Source: Nitrospirota bacterium (GTDB lineage Bacteria; Nitrospirota; UBA9217). From it: a DNA stretch of 64,000 nt. The first letter of the stretch is position 1. Every line of letters begins with the position of its first letter. Positions 9,938 through 18,441 of the stretch are shown here, piece after piece. Both the position numbers and the translations under genes were made by a program. The notes beneath the pieces were generated by a model. The model was not told the origin of the DNA, did not search any database, and saw only the letters and a program-made list of their open reading frames with translations. The stretch is taken from the NCBI GenBank assembly GCA_963840455.1, contig CAWIYV010000014.1, positions 320,001 to 384,000 of the forward strand, given 5' to 3'.

Positions 9938-10507
9938 TTACTTCATCCACGCCCGTCCGATCATCTTCCTGTAGCCCCAGCACAACATTCCCCCCACCCC
10001 GCCGCCGAGCAGAGCCCCCGCAAGGATGTCCGAGGGATAGTGCACGCCCAGATAGGGCCGAGAGAGGGCTACCATGACCGCGAGAACCAGGGGGAAGAGC
10101 CGCCACAAGGCCGGCAGGAACGGCCGCGTCAGCAGGCTGAGCGGCACCGCGTAAGCGAAGGACGTGACCGCGTGGCTTGAGGGCAGGGAAAAGGATGCGG
10201 AGCAGTCGACCAGCAGCCGGACGCCCTCGAGGGCGTGGCAGGGGCGGGGCCTGGCAATGAGCACCTTGAGCCAATAGTTCAGCGTTTCGGCGAGAACAAT
10301 AGCGAGCACGGCGATGAGGACGGCGAAGACCGCGTCACGGCCGTAAGACCGTCCAGCAGGCGTCCTCGCGCGCGAACCTGCGTAGAGCGCATACAGCGCC
10401 AGGGGAATGACGAGCAGGTAGCCCTGGTGCGTCAATGCAGGCATGAGCACGTCGAACAGCGGGTTCGCCATGCCGCGGTTGATGAGGAAGAAGAGCTGCG
10501 TGTCCAT
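9938..10507 (-). CDS. PAP2-family membrane phosphatase
   Basis: KVLIARPRP, SLPSSHA, SRPYLGVHYPSD motifs. Confidence 0.92.
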   Translation of the reverse strand: MDTQLFFLINRGMANPLFDVLMPALTHQGYLLVIPLALYALYAGSRARTPAGRSYGRDAVFAVLIAVLAIVLAETLNYWLKVLIARPRPCHALEGVRLLVDCSASFSLPSSHAVTSFAYAVPLSLLTRPFLPALWRLFPLVLAVMVALSRPYLGVHYPSDILAGALLGGGVGGMLCWGYRKMIGRAWMK

Positions 10508-10598
10508 GGTCGTTCAGTCCCTATTATACGGTTCTTCGGTCCGCCGGTCACATTCTTTTTGATTTGACCGGAACTTCGGAAAAAAGGTATGATCCTGC

Positions 10599-12296
10599 AT
10601 GTTCGCATGGCACGGAAAAATGCTCGTCGTGGACCTCTCCGCGGGCAGGGTGCGGATCGAGGACATCCCTGAGGAAACGCTGCGGACCTGGCTCGGCGGC
10701 AGGGGGCTGGGCGTCCATCTCATGAAGGACTTCATCACCCTCGACCCCTTTGACGAGCGGATGCCCCTGATCTTTGCCGTGGGCCCGCTCTGCGGCACTC
10801 CTGCGCCTACCTCGTCCCGCATGTCCGTGGTCTCCCGTTCGCCGCTTACGGGCACCATCTTCGACTCCTCGGTGGGCGGCACGTTCCCGCTCAAGCTCAA
10901 GCAGGCGGGCTTCGACGCCGTCATGGTCACTGGCAGGGCGCAGGACCCGGTCTACCTCGATATCAGCAGCGGCCGGGCCGTCATCAAGGAGGCCTCGTGG
11001 CTCTGGGGGCAGGGGTGCATCGAGGTGAACAAGCGCCTCGAAGGCGACGGCGAGGTGGCCAGCATCGGCCCGGCCGGCGAACGGCTGGTCAAGATGGCGA
11101 ACATCATGGTCGGCGGCGCGAACTCCGTGGGCAGGGGCGGCATGGGCGCCTTGATGGGCGCGAAAATGCTCAAAGCCATCACCGTCTCTGGCGGATCGAA
11201 GAAACCGCCGGTTGCGGACCAGGAGCTCTTCACAAGGGCCTATGACGATGTGATGCGGCTGCTGCGGGCCTCGCCCGTGGTCATGGGCGAGTTGGGCCTG
11301 ACCGAGTACGGCACATCGGCGCTCGTGGACATCGTGGATCAGCGCCGGATGGCGCCGACGGAGAACTTCCGGAAGACCTGGTATTCGCAGGCCCATCTCT
11401 ACTCCGGGCCGAGCCTCAAGAAGGCTTTCGGCTTCAAGAAGGAAGGCTGCGCAGTCTGCCCCATCCAGTGCAAGAAATTGACGACCTGCGGCAAGCCCAT
11501 CCCGGAGTACGAGACGCTGTCGCACTTCGGCGCCTTGAACGCCAACCCCGATGCGGAATCCATCATCCGCGCCAACATCCTGTGCAACAACTTGGGCCTC
11601 GACACCATCTCGACGGCCGCCACCATCGCTGCCTACGGTGAGGCGCGGGGCGAGTTCCTCATTTCCGACGACATCCTCGACATGGTGCGGAAGATCGCCT
11701 ACCGCGAAGGGGAGGGGGACAAGCTGGCCGAAGGCTCGAAGCGGTACTGCGCGTCCATCGGCAAACCCGGCCTGTCCATGAGCGTCAAAGGCCTCGAGAT
11801 GCCTGCCTACGATCCGCGGGGCTCCTACGGCATGGCCCTGGCCTACGGCACCTCGAACCGCGGCGCCTGCCATCTGCGCGCCTACCCCATCAGCCAGGAG
11901 ATACTGCGAAAGCCCGTGGCAACGGACCGGTTCAGCTTCGACGGCAAGGCGCGGCTCATCAAGGTCTCCGAGGACACCAACGCCATCGTCGACTCCCTCT
12001 CGGTCTGCAAGTTCGCCTTCCTCGGCGCGTCGATCGAGGAATACGCCCAGCTGCTTGCCGGCGCGACCGGCATCTCCTATACCGGGCAGGGGCTGATGAA
12101 GACCGGCGAGGTGATCATCAGCCTGGAGCGGGCGTACAACGAGCGGAACGGGTTCACGCACGCCGACGACCTTCTGCCGGAGCGGTTCTTCACCGAGGCG
12201 GGCACGCCAGGAGAGGGCATCGAGGTCCCTCCGGTAGACAAGAAGCGGTATCTCGAGGAGATGGAGCGGTATTATAGGATCAGGGGGAAGGAGTAA
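10599..12296 (+). CDS. Aldehyde:ferredoxin oxidoreductase family protein (W/Mo-pterin)
   Basis: LGGRGLG, SPLTG..DSSVGG, GRGGMGALMGAKMLKA, CAVCPIQC, GLDTIST, NRGACHL. Confidence 0.92.
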   Translation: MFAWHGKMLVVDLSAGRVRIEDIPEETLRTWLGGRGLGVHLMKDFITLDPFDERMPLIFAVGPLCGTPAPTSSRMSVVSRSPLTGTIFDSSVGGTFPLKLKQAGFDAVMVTGRAQDPVYLDISSGRAVIKEASWLWGQGCIEVNKRLEGDGEVASIGPAGERLVKMANIMVGGANSVGRGGMGALMGAKMLKAITVSGGSKKPPVADQELFTRAYDDVMRLLRASPVVMGELGLTEYGTSALVDIVDQRRMAPTENFRKTWYSQAHLYSGPSLKKAFGFKKEGCAVCPIQCKKLTTCGKPIPEYETLSHFGALNANPDAESIIRANILCNNLGLDTISTAATIAAYGEARGEFLISDDILDMVRKIAYREGEGDKLAEGSKRYCASIGKPGLSMSVKGLEMPAYDPRGSYGMALAYGTSNRGACHLRAYPISQEILRKPVATDRFSFDGKARLIKVSEDTNAIVDSLSVCKFAFLGASIEEYAQLLAGATGISYTGQGLMKTGEVIISLERAYNERNGFTHADDLLPERFFTEAGTPGEGIEVPPVDKKRYLEEMERYYRIRGKE

Positions 12297-12315
12297 GGAA
12301 ACAGGGGACAGAGTC

Positions 12316-12534
12316 CTACTTCAAGGCGGGCCACGTTGTCGTCCATTTCAGGAAGAGCATAACCCACGGCGTTGCATGCATGAAGAGGTCGAACCAGTCC
12401 ACCGGGCGCTTGAGCGTGCCGTTCTTCAGCATAACCAGTTTTTCCCAGAGGTGGGGCGGATTGTAGGGCGCGAGGCCCAGGGTCAGACACAGAAAGATGA
12501 ACATTGCCCAAGGCTGTTCAGCAATGAATTGCAT
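12316..12534 (-). CDS. Small conserved membrane protein (72 aa)
   Basis: MQFIAEQPWAMFIFLCLTLGLAPYNPPHLWEKLVMLKNGTLKRPVDWFDLFMHATPW...; RBS gaggagg upstream. The longer 12316-13119 ORF is an over-extension. Confidence 0.75.
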   Translation of the reverse strand: MQFIAEQPWAMFIFLCLTLGLAPYNPPHLWEKLVMLKNGTLKRPVDWFDLFMHATPWVMLFLKWTTTWPALK

Positions 12535-12606
12535 ACGGTCCTCCTCTTTCTCATTATAGCGCAAGGGGGAGAAATTATCCCAACGCCGTGGAAGGCGAAA
12601 AATATT

Positions 12607-13047
12607 ATGAACTCCAAGGATATCGAGTCGACCCTGGCCGTTTTCCTGGACGGTTTTTCCTGAGCACAAGCCATCCTGTCGACTTACGGCGGGCGGTCCG
12701 GTCTGGACCGCGAAACAGCGCTCAAGGTCGCCGGGGCCTTTGGCGCGGGCATGGCGAGGACCGGCGAGACCTGCGGGTCCGTGACCGGGGCGCTCATGGT
12801 CATCGGGCTGAGCCATGCCAAGACGCGGAAGGACGATGACGACTCCCGCGAGCGGACGTATGCCCTGGCGCAGGAGTTCATGGACGCCTTCCGGGACCGA
12901 AACGGGTCTATCCTCTGCCGGGAACTGCTTGGCGTCGACGTGAGCACGCCGGAAGGCATCGCCGCGGTGCGGGAACGGGACCTCTTCAGAACGGCTTGTC
13001 CGAAGTTCGTGAAGGATGCGGGGGAGATACTGGAAGAGATACTGTAG
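12607..13047 (+). CDS. C-GCAxxG-C-C family redox protein, putative selenoprotein (UGA 12661-12663 read as Sec)
   Basis: MNSKDIESTLAVFLDGFS-U-AQAILSTYGG...GAFGAGMARTGETCGSVTGA...ILCRELLG...ACPKFV; UGA sits at the family's first Cys; SECIS-like hairpin downstream. Confidence 0.85.
12693..12711 (+). promoter_or_regulatory. Bacterial SECIS-like hairpin
   Basis: gcggtcc-GGTCT-ggaccgc: perfect 7-bp stem with GGUCU loop starting 37 nt after the UGA. Confidence 0.75.
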
Positions 13048-13069
13048 AGGGTCCGGATTACAACATTGA

Positions 13070-13516
13070 AGCTCGCTGCAGCAAGCTGCAGTGAATCTTC
13101 GATCCTTAGGATAATACACTCATCCTAATCATTCTCTAAATCCGCAGCAAGCCGCGGAGAATGCGCTCGCTCCTGGATTTAAGCTCCCTGAAGATTACTG
13201 CATGGAGCTTCGATCCTCAGGGTAGAACATTTATCCTAATCGCTCGCTGGTCCCGCAGCAAGCCGCGGGGAATGCGCTCGCTCCTGGATTTAAGCTCCCT
13301 GAAAATTACTGCATGGAGCTTCGATCCTCAGGGTAGAACGAATTATCCTAATCGCTCGCTGGTCCCGCATTAAGCCGCGGAGACTGCGCTCGCTCCTGGA
13401 TTTAAGCTCCCTGAAGATTACTGCATGGAGCTTCGATCCTCAGGGTAGAACGAATTATCCTAATCGCTCGCTGGCCCCGCATTAAGCCGCGGAGACTGCG
13501 CTCGCTCCTGGATTTA
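13070..13516 (+). repeat. Tandem array of four 111-112-bp hairpin-bearing elements (MITE/PATE-like)
   Basis: Units 13070-13181, 13182-13292, 13293-13404, 13405-13516; each runs agctc(c/g)ctg...cttcgatcct...ccgcagcaagccgcgg..tgcgctcgctcctggattta. Confidence 0.9.
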
Positions 13517-14236
13517 CTTCGAATTTTGTTTTCCATCCCTGGCACCGAGGGCCTTCAGGAATTCCTTGCTGGTCACGACTGTCGCCTGCCACGGGAAGAC
13601 CTTGTCCATCAAAACCCGGTTCACTTCCGGATCGCCGTCCGTGCAGAGATCCGAGACGACCACGAGTGAATAATCCATATCGGCGGCCCAGCGGACCGTG
13701 GAAAGGACGACCCCGCTCGTGGAAATTCCGAATAATGCCAGCGTGTTGATGTTTTTAGATCGCAGTACTGCTTCCAAGTCAGTCGTCGAAAAAGCACCGA
13801 CTCGTCTCTTGGTGACCACGATGTCGCCCGGCTGCGGCGCGACCTTCGCGTCTATCTCGGCCCCGGGCGTGCCTTCAAGAAGGCGGCCCGATTCCTTCAG
13901 GTCTCGGAAGAGCTTATTCTGTAAATTGACGTCAGGGTAGCCTTCGCGGAAGCGAACGACGACGTAGATTATGGGGAGCTTTGCCTGCCGCGCTTCCTTG
14001 AGCACGACGCTTGCTCTTTCCAATAAGGCTGCCCGGGCATCCTGAGGTATTGTGTTCACGATATCATTCTCATAGTCCATGATCAGCACGGCTGTCCTGG
14101 ACTTGTTAACGGAAAACGCCGGCTCGATAAGAACAGCCATCCTTCCCGGGGGGGCCTCCTTGTCGAGAGCGAAGACCGCACTTCCGGTCAGGGCCAGAAG
14201 CGCAACGAACAATGATATATTAATAATTATTCTCAT
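13514..14236 (-). CDS. Isochorismatase/cysteine hydrolase family protein with N-terminal signal peptide
   Basis: TAVLIMDYEND, VTKRRVGAFSTTDL, FGISTSGVVLSTVRWAADMDY. Confidence 0.88.
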   Translation of the reverse strand: MRIIINISLFVALLALTGSAVFALDKEAPPGRMAVLIEPAFSVNKSRTAVLIMDYENDIVNTIPQDARAALLERASVVLKEARQAKLPIIYVVVRFREGYPDVNLQNKLFRDLKESGRLLEGTPGAEIDAKVAPQPGDIVVTKRRVGAFSTTDLEAVLRSKNINTLALFGISTSGVVLSTVRWAADMDYSLVVVSDLCTDGDPEVNRVLMDKVFPWQATVVTSKEFLKALGARDGKQNSK

Positions 14237-14644
14237 GAGACCCGCCTCCTCAGTCAGATAGGATCAAACAAAAAGCGAAACAAAGGTGATCCACGAAATC
14301 ACCACGACACCAAGAGAAAATCATCACTTCTAAGAAATATTATAACAATGGGCTGCCTGCTTCGCGGGTTAAGCAGCTGGTCGGGTAAATATACGTTTGA
14401 CTGCAACATGCGCTCTATCCATCAGGCGTAAAAGATCCTTCTTCCGAGATTCACTGCGAATCGCCCAGCGGCTCCAGGATGACCAATGATTTGCCTGAAG
14501 GTTCAATGAAATATGATATTCCTTTTCGTATGCATGAAGGGGTAGGGGAGAGATGTTGTCTTGCTTCGACCCCGTAGGCCCAGAAAAGCGTTGTTCAGTT
14601 CCATGAATAACCGCGATACGACTTTGCCTCTCTTCGTCCATTCA

Positions 14645-15154
14645 TCAAAATGAATTGATGTTGAGCTCCGGCAGCGGCAGGTCCCCCTTCGCTGCTACGG
14701 GGATGTTGAATGTCGCCAATTTCACGTTGATCTTGAACACGGCATTCAACGTAAACGGGATCGTTTTTTGTCCGCGTATGACGGCCTCTGCCAGGATTTC
14801 TGCGGATTTAAACGCCTTGATATAATTAATTTCAGCTGGCAGCCGTATCTCGGATTTGGAGTTCGGTTTTGCCGAAAATTTTACGTCCTTGCCCTGCGCG
14901 GTGCTCTGGCCCTTCAGGAATAGTTCGTAGTCCGCTGATATATTGTCAAGACCGAGCGGGTTCGGGTTATTGAGGATAAATATAAATTCCACTTCAGCCT
15001 TATCAGGCGCTATACGCTTCACTTCAAACCGGTCATAAGTAATTTCCGGCGTCTTGAGGTTCGAAGAAAGCGACTCAAGCGACGATTCTCCAAAAGCAAT
15101 TTGTGCAGAAAGAAAAAATAAAATCAATGGTATCGTAAACAAACGGCATCTCAT
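14645..15154 (-). CDS. LEA type 2 (WHy domain) exported protein
   Basis: Signal peptide; NNPNPLGL motif; beta-rich. Confidence 0.8.
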   Translation of the reverse strand: MRCRLFTIPLILFFLSAQIAFGESSLESLSSNLKTPEITYDRFEVKRIAPDKAEVEFIFILNNPNPLGLDNISADYELFLKGQSTAQGKDVKFSAKPNSKSEIRLPAEINYIKAFKSAEILAEAVIRGQKTIPFTLNAVFKINVKLATFNIPVAAKGDLPLPELNINSF

Positions 15155-15218
15155 TTTCACCTTCCTTCCCGGGAATGCACGGCGAAACGGTCTCAATTCG
15201 CCCCACGAGGAGCGGCAT

Positions 15219-15277
15219 GGATAACGCGCGGGTGAGACGCGCGTCCCTTGCGCGTCGGACTCGACCCGCTGGGTGTT
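15219..15277 (-). other. Degenerate attC-like site after rsgA
   Basis: Minus strand: ...CCAGCGGGTCGAGTCCGACGCGCAAGGGACGCGCGTCTCACCCGCGC-GTTATCC; L-box pair GGTCGAG/CTCACC with an extrahelical base. Confidence 0.6.
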
Positions 15278-16348
15278 CTACTGGTTACCTTTTTTGTGAT
15301 GTTTCATTTCTGACTTGATGAACTGTCCGAATTTTTTGTCCCTTCTGCGTTTTTCAACATAGGATAGCTCATTGTACTCAGATTCTTTCATCAGCTTCAA
15401 ATAGCTCTGGTATCGATCCGCGCGCAATGTGCCATTTTCAATGGCGGCCAGGAGTGCGCAGCCGACTTCCTGAGTATGGGTGCAATTTGCAAACCGGCAG
15501 GTTTTTGAAAGGTTCCAAATGTCAGCGAAGCTTTCCTCGAGCCCTGAGCTGACGCCGATGTTCCCTAATTCCCTCATTCCAGGGGTGTCGATCACCATCG
15601 CCCCTTGCTCAAGGACGATTAGCTGGCGCTGCGCCGTCGTGTGTTTGCCCTTCCCGTCGCTTGCACGGACTGTGTTTGTCTCAAATGAATCGCGGCCTAT
15701 GATATGGTTCAAAAGCGTTGTTTTGCCTACTCCGGAAGACCCAACCAGACAATACGTCCTGCCCGGATCCAGTAATTGTCGCACTTGATCCACTCCAATG
15801 CCGGTCACGTTGCTGAGGGGAAGGACTTTGCATTTGATGTTAGCTTGACGCACCTCTGACATTCTTTGTTCCAGTTTCTCTGCGCTGACCAAATCGCTTT
15901 TTGTCAAGAGGAGTATCGGTTCAATGTTCCCTTCGTTTACCATAACGAGGTAGCGCTCCAGCCTGCGCAGATTGAAATCAAAATCACAGGCTTGCACGAT
16001 CAAGGCGGAATCTATGTTGACTGCGATCATCTGGTAGTCGATTTTCTTACCGGGCGTTTTCCTTCGTAAAAATGATTTCCGTGAGAGAAGGCCATGAATG
16101 ATAGCAAACGTATCAGCGTTGTGGTACTGGACAAGCGCCCAATCACCTACCGAAGGAAGGTCTATGCTCGAATCAGCAGAGTAAACGAAACTACCTGCCA
16201 GTTCAGCGAAAACTTCGCTGTTTTCATTTCTTACGAGGTAGCTATCCCTGTGGACCGCAGTCACGCGAGCCACGTTGCAGTCGGGTCTCTGCGCCTCCGA
16301 TCTTTTGTCTTGAAACCACTGATCAAATCCGAGAGTTCTCAGTTCCAT
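15278..16348 (-). CDS. rsgA: Ribosome small subunit-dependent GTPase A
   Basis: LTKSDL, GSSGVGKTT, GKGKHTT, DTPGMRE, CRFANCTHTQEVGC zinc finger. Confidence 0.93.
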   Translation of the reverse strand: MELRTLGFDQWFQDKRSEAQRPDCNVARVTAVHRDSYLVRNENSEVFAELAGSFVYSADSSIDLPSVGDWALVQYHNADTFAIIHGLLSRKSFLRRKTPGKKIDYQMIAVNIDSALIVQACDFDFNLRRLERYLVMVNEGNIEPILLLTKSDLVSAEKLEQRMSEVRQANIKCKVLPLSNVTGIGVDQVRQLLDPGRTYCLVGSSGVGKTTLLNHIIGRDSFETNTVRASDGKGKHTTAQRQLIVLEQGAMVIDTPGMRELGNIGVSSGLEESFADIWNLSKTCRFANCTHTQEVGCALLAAIENGTLRADRYQSYLKLMKESEYNELSYVEKRRRDKKFGQFIKSEMKHHKKGNQ

Positions 16349-16349
16349 A

Positions 16350-16390
16350 TTACGTTAAGCGGTCATATCCGCTTGGACTGCTGGTTGGCG
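16350..16390 (-). other. Truncated attC-like site
   Basis: Minus strand: CGCCAAC-CAGCA-GTCCAAGCGG-ATATGA-CCGCTTAAC. Confidence 0.5.
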
Positions 16391-16408
16391 TAGAGCGTAG
16401 TTTGCAGG

Positions 16409-16464
16409 AGCCAACGACTAGATCCCACGCCGCGAAGCGGTCGGCGTGGAGCGACAGGTTATGC
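16409..16464 (-). other. attC-like site overlapping the DUF3788 stop codon
   Basis: Minus strand: GCATAAC-CTGTC-GCTCCACGCCGACCGCTTCGCGGCGTGGGATCTAGTC-GTTGGCT. Confidence 0.7.
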
Positions 16465-16911
16465 ACCGTTGCCATTCTTGGGTTTGCGTTTAATTGCAAG
16501 GAGCTTCCATACGTCTTCTACAACCTTGTCGCTGTTTATAGTAAGGAGTACCCATTTCCCGTCATGATATGTTGTTGCCTTGTCATATTCCTTTTGGGTA
16601 TATGTTGACAGGCTATCTCGAATAGCTTCTGCCTTTGCCCGCTCTTCGGCACCGAAAACAATGAGTAGCGCGAAGCGATTCTTCTCAGGGATTAATGTGC
16701 AAAACGATTTGCTCTTTTTATACCGAAGGGACCACCCATGTTTCTTCCCGCCAAAGAGCCACTCTGGGACAAAGACGTTGGGGTAGTTTAGCTCAAGCAG
16801 ATAAGTTACATGCTTCCAGTATTTGTAAGCTTCTTTACCAATCCACTTCGCGATCTCGGGATCACTCGGCGGTTTATCTCGTTGTGTGATCCGACTATTC
16901 GGTCCGTTCAT
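16459..16911 (-). CDS. DUF3788 family protein
   Basis: EWLFGGKKHGWSLRYKKSKSFCTLIPE...YHDGKWV...LAIKRKP; RBS aaggga before ATG 16911. Confidence 0.85.
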   Translation of the reverse strand: MNGPNSRITQRDKPPSDPEIAKWIGKEAYKYWKHVTYLLELNYPNVFVPEWLFGGKKHGWSLRYKKSKSFCTLIPEKNRFALLIVFGAEERAKAEAIRDSLSTYTQKEYDKATTYHDGKWVLLTINSDKVVEDVWKLLAIKRKPKNGNGA

Positions 16912-16989
16912 ATATCCCTTTGCATAATGCCAATCTATTGCCGAACGCAACCGATCCTCGCCGTGCAGGCGGACAAATGGACGGTATTG

Positions 16990-17940
16990 CTACACGTGGT
17001 TCCGGAGCATGAGTTCCAGGGGGTGAGGATTCAGGTAGACCTGCCGGCTGAGATACGCCTCCTTGTATTTCCGTACGTAATGCTTCAGCAGGGTGATGGG
17101 CACGATGAGCGGCACCAGCCCGTCGTGATAACTCACGATCACTTCCAGCAGTTCCTTCTTTTCCTCCGCTGATATCTTATCCTTGAAGTACCCCGCCATG
17201 TGCTGCAGCACGTTGGTGTTCTTCTTCGGCGTGGCGAGGAGCTGCAGCCCTTCCATCAGCGCTTCCAGATAGTCCGCATGAAGCCTGTCACGCCGTGCGC
17301 TCTTCCCGGCGGCCACCATCTTCCCGAGGGCCGTATAGTGTTTCTGGCTGTGCGCCATGACCAGGTACTTGTGGTCCGTATGGAAAGCCACCAGGCCGCC
17401 GAGGGAACCATCGTTCCTTATATACTCCTGCCACCACCGGTACACGAATACCCGCTCGATGAAGTTCTCCCGAAGGCCCGGGTCATGCATCCTTCCTTCG
17501 TCCTCGACCGGGAGCAGGGGGAACCGCTTCATGAACGCATGGGCGAAGATCCCCGATCCGGCGGTGTTCGGCATACCTGCATCGGTATAGATCTTGACGC
17601 CCCGCATGCCCGAGCTCGGAGAACGGCTCTTGAACACGAAGCCGCAGAGCTCTTCCTTTTCCAGCTCCGTGGTCCGCTTCTTCGCCCACCGCTTCATCCT
17701 CGCCGTATGGTCCACGCCGGTCCGGATCGTGACAAGCCGCGGGTCCTCTGGATCGCCGACCAGGTGCATGGCCTCTCGCGGGATGGGCAGACCGCATTCC
17801 ACCTCGGGACAGACGGGCACCCAGTCCACATACTGCCCGAGCGTATCTACAAGGAAATGGTCGAGCTTGTGGCCGCCGTCGTAACGGACATTGTTGCCAA
17901 GAAGGCAGGAGCTGATGCCGAGGGTGATCTTGTTCATCAT
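16990..17940 (-). CDS. DUF523 + DUF1722 (YbgA-family) protein
   Basis: GISSCLLGNNVRYDGGH, CPEVECGLPIPRE, KSRSPSSG, FHTDHKYLVMAHS, YLNPHP. Confidence 0.9.
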   Translation of the reverse strand: MMNKITLGISSCLLGNNVRYDGGHKLDHFLVDTLGQYVDWVPVCPEVECGLPIPREAMHLVGDPEDPRLVTIRTGVDHTARMKRWAKKRTTELEKEELCGFVFKSRSPSSGMRGVKIYTDAGMPNTAGSGIFAHAFMKRFPLLPVEDEGRMHDPGLRENFIERVFVYRWWQEYIRNDGSLGGLVAFHTDHKYLVMAHSQKHYTALGKMVAAGKSARRDRLHADYLEALMEGLQLLATPKKNTNVLQHMAGYFKDKISAEEKKELLEVIVSYHDGLVPLIVPITLLKHYVRKYKEAYLSRQVYLNPHPLELMLRNHV

Positions 17941-18008
17941 AGTTTGTTCATTTCACCCTCGCGCTCTTCGCGCCTTCGCGGTTGGATGGTTATTCCGGCT
18001 TGCTAGAT

Positions 18009-18440
18009 TTAGACCGACGTCTCTGCCGCTTTTTTCAGGTCATTCAGCATACCCGTGGTCAGCTCCCGCACCGTGCTCTCGGGGAAGCTGAATCCGCCGA
18101 ACAAGAGCGGCAGGCCCCGGAAGGTCTCACGGCTCGTCACGAGCACGCCGTTCGCGGCCTGCTGGAACAGGAACTCGTGGCGCGAGAAGATGCCGAACTT
18201 GGTGCCCGTCCAAACGACCTTCTCCCGGGGGATAACTTCCTCGATCTTCGGCTCGATCATGATCGGGACGGAGAAGGGGCGGAGGCAGAAGGTGAACTTC
18301 TCACCCTCTTCGAGGCGTCCGGAATCCGAAGCTGCCTTGCTCGCCACGGTGTTCCAATCGGCCCAACAGGTGAGGTCCGTGAAGGTCTTCCAGATCTTCT
18401 TGAGCTCGGCGTTGATCAGTACGGACTCTTCGATGACCAT
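18009..18440 (-). CDS. SRPBCC (polyketide cyclase/dehydrase fold) protein
   Basis: IEESVLINA..KIWKTFTDLTCWADWN; C-terminal helix MLNDLKKAAE. Confidence 0.8.
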   Translation of the reverse strand: MVIEESVLINAELKKIWKTFTDLTCWADWNTVASKAASDSGRLEEGEKFTFCLRPFSVPIMIEPKIEEVIPREKVVWTGTKFGIFSRHEFLFQQAANGVLVTSRETFRGLPLLFGGFSFPESTVRELTTGMLNDLKKAAETSV

Positions 18441-18441
18441 A

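Noticed and set aside
12316-13119. 267-aa minus-strand ORF
   Set aside because: Only the last 72 codons look like a gene; the rest is antisense to the Sec-containing gene
13070-13516. CRISPR array or repeat-protein ORF (13161-13373)
   Set aside because: Units are about 112 bp and near-identical along their length, with no unique spacers and no cas genes; the ORF is just the 111-bp period read in frame
14369-14641. 90-aa ORF and a possible further attC relic near 14342-14386
   Set aside because: No recognisable motif, and the palindrome is too degenerate to support
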